62,354 nt of DNA from Candidatus Methylomirabilia bacterium. Lineage in GTDB: Bacteria > Methylomirabilota > Methylomirabilia > Rokubacteriales > CSP1-6. Where the stretch lies: positions 1 to 62,354 of the forward strand of contig JBGQEL010000016.1 of NCBI GenBank assembly GCA_041496385.1, read 5' to 3'. The notes beneath the pieces were generated by a model, which saw only the letters and a list, made by a program, of their open reading frames with translations, ran no database searches and had not been told where the DNA came from. The position numbers were made by a program, and so were the translations under genes. The first letter of the stretch is position 1; every line of letters begins with the position of its first letter. This document shows positions 28,682-38,453 of the stretch, one piece after another.

Positions 28682-29425
28682 GTGAGTGACTGGGCGCTCG
28701 AGCTGCGGGGCGTCTCCAAGGCGTTCGGCGGGCTCCACGCCGTGGACGGCGTGGCGCTCGCGGTGCGTCCGGGGGAGCGCCGCGCGCTCATCGGCCCCAA
28801 CGGGGCCGGCAAGACCACCCTCTTCAACCTCATCTCGGGCGAGCTCCCCGTCACGGACGGGACGATCACGCTGTTCGGCCGCGACGTGACGCGCACCGCG
28901 CCCCACCGCCGCGCCGCGCTCGGCCTGGCGCGGACCTTCCAGATCACCAACGTCTTCCCCAGCCTCACGGTGCTCGAGAACTGCCTCCTCGCCGTCCAGG
29001 CCCTCTCGCCCGTCAAGTTCGCGATGCACCGCCCGCTTACCGGATACGGCGCGCAGGAGGCGCGCGCGCGCGCGACGCTCGAGGCGGTCGGCCTCGGCGG
29101 GCGCGCCGGCGCCGCGGTGAAGCACCTCTCGCACGGCGAGCAGCGCCAGCTCGAGATCGCGCTGGCGCTGGCCGGCCGCCCCAGGGTCCTGCTGCTCGAC
29201 GAGCCGACCGCGGGGCTCTCCCCAGCCGAGTCGCAGCTGATGGCGGACCTCGTGAAGCGGCTCGATCCGGCGATCACCGTGCTGCTGATCGAGCACGACA
29301 TGGACATCGCGTTCGAGATCGTCCGGCACGTGACCGTGCTGCACTACGGGCGGGTTATCGCCGACGGCACGCGCGACGAGGTGAAGGCCAACCCGCTGGT
29401 CCGCGAGATCTACCTCGGTGCCTGA
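28682..29425 (+). CDS. ABC ATP-binding protein (LivG-like)
   Basis: GPNGAGKT, LARTFQ, LLLDEP, IEHDMD motifs. Confidence 0.93.
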   Translation: MSDWALELRGVSKAFGGLHAVDGVALAVRPGERRALIGPNGAGKTTLFNLISGELPVTDGTITLFGRDVTRTAPHRRAALGLARTFQITNVFPSLTVLENCLLAVQALSPVKFAMHRPLTGYGAQEARARATLEAVGLGGRAGAAVKHLSHGEQRQLEIALALAGRPRVLLLDEPTAGLSPAESQLMADLVKRLDPAITVLLIEHDMDIAFEIVRHVTVLHYGRVIADGTRDEVKANPLVREIYLGA

Positions 29426-30122
29426 GATGCTCCAGCTCGAGGACCTCCACACCTACTACGGCGAGAGCCACGTGCTCCAGGGCGTCACGCTCGCGGTCGG
29501 CGCGCGCGAGGTCGTGACGATCCTCGGCCGCAACGGCATGGGCAAGACGACGCTCATGCGGTCGGTCATCGGCTTCACGCCGCCCCGCCGCGGCGCGGTA
29601 CGCTTCCAGGGCGACGAGATCACGCGCTGGCCGCCCTTCCGCATGGTGGAGCACGGCCTGGCGCTCGTGCCCCAGGGACGCCGCGTCTTTCCGTCGCTCA
29701 CCGTGCGCGAGAACCTCGAGGTCGCCCGGCGGACGCGGCACGGACGCTGGACGCTCGCGCGCGTCCTCGAGCTCTTCCCGCGCCTGGGCGAGCGCGCGCA
29801 GAATCGCGCCGGGAAGCTCTCGGGCGGGGAGCAGCAGATGCTCGCCATCGGGCGCGCGCTCATGACGAACCCCGACCTGCTCCTGATGGACGAGCCGACC
29901 GAGGGGCTCGCGCCGCTGCTGGTCCGCGAGGTCGGCCGCGTCATCGGCGAGCTGAAGCGCGAGGGGCTGTCGATCCTGCTCGTGGAGCAGAACCTGGGGC
30001 TGGCGCTGGGCGTGGCCGACCGCGTCCACATCCTGAGCCGCGGCCAGATCGTGCACTCGTCCGGGCCCGCGGAGCTGCTGGCGAACGACGAGGTCAAATC
30101 CCGCTACCTGGGAGTCGCCTGA
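29418..30122 (+). CDS. ABC ATP-binding protein (LivF-like)
   Basis: GRNGMGKT, LSGGEQQM, DEPTEGLAP, VEQN motifs. Confidence 0.93.
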   Translation: MPEMLQLEDLHTYYGESHVLQGVTLAVGAREVVTILGRNGMGKTTLMRSVIGFTPPRRGAVRFQGDEITRWPPFRMVEHGLALVPQGRRVFPSLTVRENLEVARRTRHGRWTLARVLELFPRLGERAQNRAGKLSGGEQQMLAIGRALMTNPDLLLMDEPTEGLAPLLVREVGRVIGELKREGLSILLVEQNLGLALGVADRVHILSRGQIVHSSGPAELLANDEVKSRYLGVA

Positions 30123-31183
30123 TGCGCTTCGGAACGTTCTACTTCTTCCAGGCGCCGCCGGGCCACCGGCACGCCGACATCATCCACCGCGAGCTCGAGC
30201 AGATCGAGTGGGCGGAGGAGCTCGGGTTCGACGAGGTCTGGTTCACGGAGCACCACTTCATCGACTACGGCCTCTCGGTGGATCCCGCGACGCTCGCCGC
30301 GGCCGCCGCCTCCCGGACGCGCCGGATCCGCATCGGCCTCGCGGCGGCGATCCTGCCGTTCCACCACCCGCTGCGGCTGGCCGAGCAGATGGCCCTCGTG
30401 GACATCATCTCGAACGGCCGGCTCGACGTCGGCGTCGGGCGGGGCAACCGGCCCGCCGAGTTCGCGGGCTACCGCGTGCCCCAGCAGGAGGCGCGCGAGC
30501 GCTTCGACGAGACCGTCGAGGTCATGCGCCGCGCGTGGACCGAGGAGCGCTTCAGCCACGCGGGGCGGTTCTTCACCTTCGACGATGTGCGCGTCATCCC
30601 GAAGCCCCTGCAGCAGCCCCACCCGCCCATCTACCAGGTCTGCGTCAGCAAGGACGGGATCGAGAACACCGCGCTCCGCGGCTGGCCGATGCTGAACTCC
30701 GTGCTGTTCGGTCCCGTCGACCAGCTGATCGCCACCCGCGACACCTACGTGAACGCCCTCGAGAAGGCCGGGCGCAGCGCGGCCGAGGTGGCTGCCCTGC
30801 TGGCGCGCTGGGGGGTCTCGCGCCAGATCTACGTCGCCGAGAACGACCGGACGGCGCTCGAGGAGGCGAAGGCGGCGGAGCTCTGGTATCAGGAGTCGTT
30901 CCGGCGCTTCGTGATTCCCGACCGCATCGAGGACGCGCACCCCTCGCTCCAGCCCGGCTTCCGGGCGATGGCGGAGCGCCTGTCGACGATCACGTGGGAG
31001 GCGCTCGTGCGCGAGACGCTCGCCTTCGGCTCGCCCGACACGGTCGCGCGTCACATCGAGACGATGCGCGGGATGGGCGTGGGCCGGGTCCTCTGCTGGA
31101 TGAACTTCGGCGGCCTCTCTCAGGACCGAGTCCGGCGCTCGATGGAGCTCTTCGCCCGCGAAGTCATGCCGCGGTTCAGGTAG
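30122..31183 (+). CDS. LLM-class flavin-dependent monooxygenase
   Basis: AEELGFDEVWFTEHHF, HPLRLAEQ, GRLDVGVGRG, PKPLQQPHPP motifs. Confidence 0.92.
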   Translation: MRFGTFYFFQAPPGHRHADIIHRELEQIEWAEELGFDEVWFTEHHFIDYGLSVDPATLAAAAASRTRRIRIGLAAAILPFHHPLRLAEQMALVDIISNGRLDVGVGRGNRPAEFAGYRVPQQEARERFDETVEVMRRAWTEERFSHAGRFFTFDDVRVIPKPLQQPHPPIYQVCVSKDGIENTALRGWPMLNSVLFGPVDQLIATRDTYVNALEKAGRSAAEVAALLARWGVSRQIYVAENDRTALEEAKAAELWYQESFRRFVIPDRIEDAHPSLQPGFRAMAERLSTITWEALVRETLAFGSPDTVARHIETMRGMGVGRVLCWMNFGGLSQDRVRRSMELFAREVMPRFR

Positions 31184-31192
31184 GAGAGGGGA

Positions 31193-32434
31193 ATGACCAC
31201 GCGCTCCCTTCGGGTCTCGCTCGGCGCGGCCGTGAGCCTGCTCCTCCTCGCCGTGGGCTTCGGGCCTGCGGCCGCCGCCGACGCGATCCGCGTCGGCTAT
31301 CTCGGGCCCCTCACGGGCATCTTCGCCCAGGCCGGGCGTGACATGCTCGACGGGCTCAAGCTCTCCCTCGAGCAGGCCGGCTACCAGGCGGCCGGCCGCA
31401 CGATCGAGCTGCACGAGGAGGACGACGAGGGCAATCCGGCGACCGCGCAGGCCAAGTACCGCAAGCTCGTGCAGCAGGACCGGATCCACGTCCTCACGGG
31501 CGTGCTCCTCGTCAACATCGGCTACGCCTTGGTGCCGCCGATCGAGCGCGACCGGATGCCGTCGCTCTTCCTGACCACGCCGGACGACCTCACCAAGCGG
31601 CGGCCGACGAAGTACGTGCTGCGCGCCAACTTCAGCGCGAGCCAGCCGATGCACGCGCTCGGCGACTACGCCGCCCGCGTGCTGAGGTACCGGAAGGTCG
31701 CGGCCATCGCCATGGACAACGGCTTTGGCCACGAGGGCCTCGGCGGCTTCCAGCGCGTCTTCGAGGAGGCCGGCGGCCGCGTGGTCCAGAAGGTCTGGGT
31801 CCCGCTCAACGCGATGGACTTCGCGCCCTACCTGACCCAGGTCCCGCGCGACGTCGACGCCGTGGTCCAGGTGTTCGTCGCCGGCCAGGCGGTCCGCTTC
31901 GCCAAGCAGTACGGCGAGAGCTCGCTCAAGGGGGCGGTGCCGCTCATCGGCAGCGGCGTCTTCACCGACCAGTCGGCGCTCCAGGGCATGGGCGACGAGG
32001 TCGTCGGCACCGTCACCTCGCTGGTCTGGGCGTCGTCGCTCGCGACGCCGGCCAACCGGACCTTCATGCAGCTCGCCGAGACCAGGCTCAAGAAGACGCC
32101 GTCGTACTTCCACGCGGTGATGTACAGCGCGGGCCGCTGGATCGTCGAGGCCGCGAAGGCGCTCGGCGGGAACGTCGAGGACCGCGACGGCCTGCTCACC
32201 GCCATCCGGAAGGCGAGCGAGACGACCGACGACCCGCGCGGCCCGATCCGGCTCGACGAGTACGGCAACCCGACGCAGAACGTCTACATCCTCCGGGTCG
32301 AGAAGGTGGGGGGGCGACTCGTGAACACGGTCATTCACACCTACCCGATGGTGTCCCAGTTCTGGACGTACAGGGCCGACGAATTCTTGAAGACGCCCGC
32401 GTACGACCGCGGCTACCCGCCCGTCAAGCCGTGA
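31193..32434 (+). CDS. ABC substrate-binding protein (LivK/PBP1-like)
   Basis: Signal peptide, IRVGYLGPLTG, EDDEG.P, PRGPIRLD motifs. Confidence 0.9.
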   Translation: MTTRSLRVSLGAAVSLLLLAVGFGPAAAADAIRVGYLGPLTGIFAQAGRDMLDGLKLSLEQAGYQAAGRTIELHEEDDEGNPATAQAKYRKLVQQDRIHVLTGVLLVNIGYALVPPIERDRMPSLFLTTPDDLTKRRPTKYVLRANFSASQPMHALGDYAARVLRYRKVAAIAMDNGFGHEGLGGFQRVFEEAGGRVVQKVWVPLNAMDFAPYLTQVPRDVDAVVQVFVAGQAVRFAKQYGESSLKGAVPLIGSGVFTDQSALQGMGDEVVGTVTSLVWASSLATPANRTFMQLAETRLKKTPSYFHAVMYSAGRWIVEAAKALGGNVEDRDGLLTAIRKASETTDDPRGPIRLDEYGNPTQNVYILRVEKVGGRLVNTVIHTYPMVSQFWTYRADEFLKTPAYDRGYPPVKP

Positions 32435-33152
32435 GAACGAACTACTTCCTCGAGGGGCCGCAGCGCGCGCCCGTCGTCGTGATGGCGCACCCCCTCGGCG
32501 CGACGCTGCGGCTGTGGGACGCCCAGGCCGCGGCGCTCGTGGGCCGGAACCGCGTGCTGCGCTACGACGTGCGCGGCCACGGCGAGTCCGAGGTGCCGCC
32601 GGGCCCCTACACCCTCGAGCAGATGGCCAACGACCTCAAGGAGCCGGCTGCATCGGGATGACCTTCGCGCTCGCGTACCCCGACGTCATGCGCAGCCTCG
32701 TGCTCTGCGACACGACGGCCTGCTACGGCCCGGCCCTCAAGCCCATGTGGGACGACCGCATCCGCGTGGCCGAGAGCCAGGGACTGACCGCCGAGCTGAT
32801 CGAGAAGACCATGGCGATCTGGTTCAGCCCCGAGTTCCAGCGCGCGCACACGGACCGGGTGGATCGAATCCGCGCGATGCTCAGGAACACCGACCCGGGG
32901 GGATACGTGGCGTCCGTGCGGGCGATCGCGGACATCGACCTGCGCGAGAAGATCCGTGCGATCCGCTGCCCGACCCTCGTGGTCGTGGGCGAGAAGGACC
33001 CGGGGACCTCGCCCGCGATGGCGCGGGTCATGCACGAGCGCATCGCGGGCTCGCGGTTGCTCGAGATCCCCGGCGCCATGCACTGCTCGGTGGTCGAGTC
33101 GGCGGCGGAGTTCAACGGTGCGCTGCTGGAATTCCTCCTTCGCCTGGAATAG
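32431..33152 (+). pseudogene. PcaD-like alpha/beta hydrolase with a frameshifting deletion at ~32644 that removes the nucleophile motif
   Basis: The first frame reads RYDVRGHGES.VPPGPYTLEQMANDLKE. The second resumes at GCIGMTFALAYP...GEKDPGT...AMH. The helix and GxSxG elbow are missing. Confidence 0.8.
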
Positions 33153-33162
33153 GGGAGCGCGC

Positions 33163-34530
33163 ATGAGTCCCAGCGAGAGCGGGCGTCGCGACGTCGCGTA
33201 TCAGCTTCACCCCTTCACCAACCTCGGCCGCCACGAGAGCGAGGGGCCGCTCGTCATCACGCGCGGCAAGGGCGTGTACGTGTACGACGAGGCCGGCCGC
33301 GAGTACCTCGAGGGACTGGCGGGGCTCTGGTGCACGGCCCTCGGCTTCGGCGAGGAGCGGCTCGTGGAGGCGGCGGCGCGCCAGATGCGGCGCCTGCCCT
33401 ACTACCACCAGTTCGGCGGAAAGGCCAACGACGTCGCGATCGCCCTCGCCGAGCGCCTCGTCCGCCTGATGCCCGTGCCCATGTCGAAGGCCTTCTTCAA
33501 CAACTCGGGCTCCGAGGCCAACGAGACGGCGATCAAGCTGATCTGGTACTACAACAACGCCCTCGGCCGTCCGCGCAAGAAGAAGATCGTCTCGCGCCTG
33601 CGCGCCTACCACGGCACCACGCTCGGCGCGGCCAGCCTCTCGGGCCTGGCGGTCGGGCACCGCGACTTCGACCTGCCGATCCCGCAGGTGCGTCACGCCG
33701 ACTGCCCGTACTACTACCGCCACGGCAAGCCCGGCGAGCGCGAAGAGGACTTCGCGGCGCGCCTGGCCGAGAGCCTCGAGCAGCAGATCGTGCGCGAGGA
33801 CCCCGAGACCGTGGCGGCCTTCATCGCCGAGCCCGTGATGGGCGCCGGCGGCGTCATCGTGCCGCCGCGCACCTACTTCGAGAGGATCCAGGCGGTGCTC
33901 CGCAAGTACGACGTCCTCCTCGTCGCGGACGAGGTGATCTGCGGCTTCGGCCGCACCGGCCACATGTTCGGCACGGAGACGTTCGGCCTCCGGCCCGACA
34001 TCATGACGATGGCCAAGGCGCTCACGTCCGGCTATCTGCCGCTCTCGGCCACCGTGATCTCGGAGGAGCTCTACCGCGCGCTGGTCCGGCAGAGCGAGAA
34101 GATCGGCATCTTCGCCCACGGCTACACCTACACCGGCCATCCCGCGTCCTGCGCCGTCGCGCTCGAGGTCCTCGACGTCTTCGAGGAGCGCGACCTCCTC
34201 GCGCACGTGCGGCGCGTGGCCTCGCGGCTGCAGGACGGCCTGCGCGCCCTCGCCGACCACCCGCTGGTCGGGGACGTGCGCGGCGTCGGGCTGCTCGGCG
34301 GCGTGGAGCTGGTGCCGGACAAGCCGGGCAAGGGTGCCTTCGATCCCGCCGGCTCGGCGGGCGCGCTCTTCGTCGCCCGGGCGCAGGCGCACGGCCTGAT
34401 CGTCCGCAACCTCCAGGACACCGTCGCCCTCTGCCCACCGCTGATCATCTCCGAGGGCGAGATGGACGAGCTGCTCCGCCGGTTCGCGAAGGCCCTGGAC
34501 GAGACCGCGGGCGCGCTGGGCCGCCGCTGA
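33163..34530 (+). CDS. Class III PLP aminotransferase (omega-amino acid/polyamine transaminase-like)
   Basis: LHPFT, EGLAGLWC, SGSEAN, FIAEPVMGAGG, DEVICGFGRTG, MAKALTSG, HGYTY motifs. Confidence 0.93.
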   Translation: MSPSESGRRDVAYQLHPFTNLGRHESEGPLVITRGKGVYVYDEAGREYLEGLAGLWCTALGFGEERLVEAAARQMRRLPYYHQFGGKANDVAIALAERLVRLMPVPMSKAFFNNSGSEANETAIKLIWYYNNALGRPRKKKIVSRLRAYHGTTLGAASLSGLAVGHRDFDLPIPQVRHADCPYYYRHGKPGEREEDFAARLAESLEQQIVREDPETVAAFIAEPVMGAGGVIVPPRTYFERIQAVLRKYDVLLVADEVICGFGRTGHMFGTETFGLRPDIMTMAKALTSGYLPLSATVISEELYRALVRQSEKIGIFAHGYTYTGHPASCAVALEVLDVFEERDLLAHVRRVASRLQDGLRALADHPLVGDVRGVGLLGGVELVPDKPGKGAFDPAGSAGALFVARAQAHGLIVRNLQDTVALCPPLIISEGEMDELLRRFAKALDETAGALGRR

Positions 34531-35267
34531 TGCCGCGGGCCGGGGCCGGCTCGCACGCGCTCGACCCGGCGCTGCGGCGAATCCTCTGCATCTCGGCGCA
34601 TCCCGACGACAACGAGTTCACCGTCGCGGGGAGCGTGGCGCGCTGGGCGCGCGAGGGACGCGACGTCGTCTTCTGCCTCGTCACCACCGGCGGCGCCGGC
34701 ACCAACGAGCACACGCCCGACAACACGGGCTTGGTCCCGGTGCGCGAGCGTGAGACCCGGGAGGCCGCGCGGATCCTCGGCGTCACGGAGGTCGCCTTCC
34801 TCGGGTACCCGGACGGCGTCCTCGAGCCGACGCTCGGCATGCGCCGCGACCTCACGCGCGTCATCCGCCGGTGCCGGCCCGACCTGGTCGTCTGCGGCGA
34901 CCCGACGGCGCGCTGGTACGGCAGCGAGTACCTGAACCACCCGGATCACCGCGCCGTCGCGAGCGCGGCGCTCGACGCCGTCTTCCCCTCCTCGGAGAGC
35001 CGCTACATCTTCCCCGAGCTGCTGGCGGAGGGCCTCGCGCCGCACAAGGTGCGGGAGGTCTTCATCTCCGGCGCCCTTCCGCCCGACGTCTGGATCGACA
35101 TCGCCGACACGCTCGAGCAGAAGTGCCTGGCCCTCAAGGCGCACGCCTCCCAGGTCGGCGCGGGCGAATGGGTGGACGTCCTGCTGAAGGACTGGGCGGC
35201 GCGCGAGGGCAAGAAGGCCGGGCTCCGCTACGCCGAGGCGTACCGCCGCATCGTGCTGTCGCGGTAG
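34530..35267 (+). CDS. PIG-L family deacetylase
   Basis: SAHPDD, RERE, NHPDH, HASQ motifs. Confidence 0.9.
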   Translation: MPRAGAGSHALDPALRRILCISAHPDDNEFTVAGSVARWAREGRDVVFCLVTTGGAGTNEHTPDNTGLVPVRERETREAARILGVTEVAFLGYPDGVLEPTLGMRRDLTRVIRRCRPDLVVCGDPTARWYGSEYLNHPDHRAVASAALDAVFPSSESRYIFPELLAEGLAPHKVREVFISGALPPDVWIDIADTLEQKCLALKAHASQVGAGEWVDVLLKDWAAREGKKAGLRYAEAYRRIVLSR

Positions 35268-35289
35268 CGCCCCGGCGCCGCCGCGGGGC

Positions 35290-36321
35290 CTACGCCAGCG
35301 TGATCTCCTGCGTGCCCAGCTTCTCGATCATGGACGTGACCGTGTCGCCGGGCTTGAGCCAGACGCGCTTTTCCTTCGGGTAGCCGGAGATCACGCCCTC
35401 CGGCGTGCCGGTGAAGATGATGTCGCCGGGACGCAGCGTGAAGTGCCTGGAGATGTAGCTGACGAGCGCCTTGCAGTCGAAGACCATGTCGGCCGTGTTC
35501 GAAGACTGGCGGACGTCTCCGTTGACGCGGCACTCGAGCTTCAGCTCGTTCGGATTCGGCACCTGGTCCGCGGTGACCAGGTAGGGGCCGATCGGGCCGA
35601 AGTCGTCGGGGCTCTTGCCCAGCATCCACTGGCTCGTACGTGACTGGAGGTCGCGCGCCGTGAGATCGTTGCCCGTGCAGTAGCCGAAGACGTACGAGAG
35701 GGCGTCGGCCTCGCGCACGTTGCGCGCCGTGCGGCCCATGACGATGACCAGCTCGATCTCGTAGTCGAACTGCTCCGCCGCCTCGCGGGAGACCCGGACG
35801 ACGCTCTTGTGGCCCGAGAGCGCGCTGTTGAACTTGTTGAAGAGGATCGGCACCTTCGGCACGGGGTTGCCGGTCTCGGCCGCGTGCTTTCTGTAGTTGA
35901 GGCCGACGCAGATGATCTTCTCCGGATCGGTCACCGACGGCCCGTAGTCGAAGCTTCCCTCGGCCAGGAAGAGCGCGTCGCTCCCCTTGCCGTTCTGCGC
36001 CCGGGCGACGAGCCGCGCGAGCGCCTCGGCGCTTCCCCGGCCCTCGAAGACGTCGTCGATCGTCGTCGGCGCCTTGAGCTTCATCCCCTGCTCGGCCCTC
36101 TTGACGTCGAGGACTCCGCGGTCGGTCTTGACGCCGAGGCTCAGCTCGCCGCCGCGCTTCACGGTCACGAACGTCATGCCACGCGGCATGATCTCGGCGC
36201 GCGCGCCGCCGTGCGAGTTCGCGGCCCCGGGCGTCGGGGTCAGCGTCCCGCCCGCGCCCGTGAGCGCCACCGTGCCCGCCAGGCCCGCGCGCTTCAGGAA
36301 ACTCCTCCGGCTCTGCTTCAT
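35290..36321 (-). CDS. Fumarylacetoacetate hydrolase family protein with twin-arginine signal peptide
   Basis: SRRSFLK N-terminus. KIICVGLNY..H, DYEIEL, NDLTARD, GKS, PGDIIFTGTP motifs. Confidence 0.9.
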   Translation of the reverse strand: MKQSRRSFLKRAGLAGTVALTGAGGTLTPTPGAANSHGGARAEIMPRGMTFVTVKRGGELSLGVKTDRGVLDVKRAEQGMKLKAPTTIDDVFEGRGSAEALARLVARAQNGKGSDALFLAEGSFDYGPSVTDPEKIICVGLNYRKHAAETGNPVPKVPILFNKFNSALSGHKSVVRVSREAAEQFDYEIELVIVMGRTARNVREADALSYVFGYCTGNDLTARDLQSRTSQWMLGKSPDDFGPIGPYLVTADQVPNPNELKLECRVNGDVRQSSNTADMVFDCKALVSYISRHFTLRPGDIIFTGTPEGVISGYPKEKRVWLKPGDTVTSMIEKLGTQEITLA

Positions 36322-37199
36322 CGTGTGCCTCCCCTGGTTGACTCCATCGCGGTGATCACGACGGCGAGGTCCTCGCCGGCGTGGCCGGCGCTCATCGCCG
36401 CGGCGTAGAGGCGCTCGGCCACGTCCGTGAGCGGCAGCGGCGCGCCCACGGCGCGCGCGGCCTCCTGGATGAGGTGCAGGTCCTTCATGAAGAGGTCGAG
36501 CTTCATCTGGGGTGGAAACTCCCGCTTCGTCATGAGCGGCCCGCGCACCTCGAGCATCCGCGAGGTGGCCGCGCTCCCCGTCAACACCTCGAGCGCCAGC
36601 GCGGGATCGAGCCCGGCGCGCTCGGCCATCAGGAGCGCCTCGGCGGCCGCCGCGCTGTTGAGGGCGACGAGCAGGTTCGCGACGAGCTTCAGGGCCATGG
36701 CCTGGCCCGGTCGTCCGATGAACACCGCGCGCGGCAGGATCGACTCGAGCAGGGGTCGCCAGCGGTCGAAGACGCTCCGCTCGCCGCCGACGAAGATGAT
36801 GCCCTGTCCCCGCTCGACCATGCCGCTGGTGCCGCTGATCGGGCAGTCGAGGAACGCGAGGCCCTTCGCCGTGACGCCCGCCGCGAGACGCTCGGTCAGC
36901 GACGGCGAGATCGTGCTGATCTGGATCACCGTCTGCCCGGCACGACCGGCGGCGGCGAGCCCGCGCGGGCCGAGGACGACCTCCTCCACCGCCGCGAGCG
37001 AGGGCAGGACCACGCAGACCGCCTCGGCCGCCGTCGCGACGGCTCCGGCCGACTCCGCGGCGTGCCCACCGAGCGCGACGAGCGCCTCGAGCTTCTCCTC
37101 GACGACGTCGTAGCCGATGACGTCGTGGCCGGCTGCGCGCAGGCGCCCGGCGACCGCCGAGCCGAGCAGGCCGAGTCCGACGATCCCGACCGCGACCAT
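36318..37199 (-). CDS. NAD(P)-dependent beta-hydroxyacid dehydrogenase (3-hydroxyisobutyrate DH-like)
   Basis: GIVGLGLLG, STISP, DCPISG, KLVAN, KDL motifs. Confidence 0.9.
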   Translation of the reverse strand: MVAVGIVGLGLLGSAVAGRLRAAGHDVIGYDVVEEKLEALVALGGHAAESAGAVATAAEAVCVVLPSLAAVEEVVLGPRGLAAAGRAGQTVIQISTISPSLTERLAAGVTAKGLAFLDCPISGTSGMVERGQGIIFVGGERSVFDRWRPLLESILPRAVFIGRPGQAMALKLVANLLVALNSAAAAEALLMAERAGLDPALALEVLTGSAATSRMLEVRGPLMTKREFPPQMKLDLFMKDLHLIQEAARAVGAPLPLTDVAERLYAAAMSAGHAGEDLAVVITAMESTRGGTR

Positions 37200-37206
37200 C
37201 AGCCGC

Positions 37207-38445
37207 CTAGCAGTGCCTGCACGGCGGGTAGTCGCGCGAGTACGCGGGGCTCTTCAGGAACTCGTCGGGCTTGTAGGTCCAGAACTGGCTCACGGCCGGG
37301 AAGGTGTGGATGACCGTATTCTGGAGCCGGCCGTCCTTCCGCTCCACCTTCCGCACGTAGATGTTCTCGACCGGGTTGCCGTAGTCGTCGAACCGGATCG
37401 GGCCGCGGGGCGACTCCGAGAGGTCCACGCGGCGGAGCGCGGCGATGAACTTCTCGGCGTTCTCGACGTCGCCGCCGGTCGCCTCGAGCGCGGCCTTGAG
37501 CATGATCCCCGCGACGTACGGCCCCTCCGAGTAGTAGGACGGCACCATCTTGTACTTTGCCTCGTAGGCCTTCGTGAACCGCTGGTTGGCGGGGGTGGCG
37601 AGCGCCGCCGAGTAGTGGAGGGCGGTGACGACGCCCAGCACCTCGTCGCCCATCGAGCGCAGCACGTGCTCGTCGGTGAGAGTCCCGCCGCCGATGAGCG
37701 GGAGCTTCTCCCGCAGGCCCGACTCCTGGAACTGCTTCGCGAACCGGAGCGCGTCGGCGCCGGAGAAGACGGCGTAGATCGCGTCCACGTCGCGGCGGAG
37801 CCGCGTGATGTAGGGCGCGAAATCGGCGTTGCCCAGCGGCGGCCAGAGCTTCTGGACGACCTGCCCGCCGGCCTCCTCGAAGCTCCGCTGGAAGCCGGCC
37901 GCGACCTCCCAGCCGAAGGCGAAGTCATAGCCGATCATCGCGAGCTTCTTGTAGCCGAGGGTGTCGTGGACCCACTTTCCGAACGGATGCGAGGGCTGCG
38001 AGCTGGCCCATCCCGGGCGGACGATCCACTGGCTCCGCTTGCGTTGGGTGATGTCGTCGGCCGCCACGATCGGGTAGAGCGTCGGGATCTTCTTCTGGTC
38101 CACGTAGGGCGCGACCGCGTAGCCGATCGCCGCGCTCACCGGGCCGATGAAGATCTGAACGCCCTGGCCCTCGACGAGGCCGCGCGCTTTGGTGAGGCCC
38201 GTGGCGGGCTTGCCCTCGTCGTCCTCGATGATCAGCTTGATCTCGCGGCCCGCGAGCTTCCCGCCCTGCTCCTCGAGGTAGAGCTCGAGGCCGTTGATCA
38301 TGTCCTTGCCGTTCGCTGCGAGCGGGCCGCTCTGCGACGTGATGAACCCGATCTTGATCGGGCCCTTCTGGGCCGCGCCCGGCCCGGCGACGACGAGCGC
38401 CAGGCCGACGAGCGCGAGCAGCGCGAGCACGAGGGGCTTTCGCAT
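37207..38445 (-). CDS. ABC substrate-binding protein (LivK/PBP1-like), paralog of 31193-32434
   Basis: Signal peptide. Shares ASQP.H..G, PRGPIR.D.YGNP, and FWTY..DEFLK.PAY.R.YPP with the paralog. Confidence 0.9.
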   Translation of the reverse strand: MRKPLVLALLALVGLALVVAGPGAAQKGPIKIGFITSQSGPLAANGKDMINGLELYLEEQGGKLAGREIKLIIEDDEGKPATGLTKARGLVEGQGVQIFIGPVSAAIGYAVAPYVDQKKIPTLYPIVAADDITQRKRSQWIVRPGWASSQPSHPFGKWVHDTLGYKKLAMIGYDFAFGWEVAAGFQRSFEEAGGQVVQKLWPPLGNADFAPYITRLRRDVDAIYAVFSGADALRFAKQFQESGLREKLPLIGGGTLTDEHVLRSMGDEVLGVVTALHYSAALATPANQRFTKAYEAKYKMVPSYYSEGPYVAGIMLKAALEATGGDVENAEKFIAALRRVDLSESPRGPIRFDDYGNPVENIYVRKVERKDGRLQNTVIHTFPAVSQFWTYKPDEFLKSPAYSRDYPPCRHC

Positions 38446-38453
38446 GGAATCTC

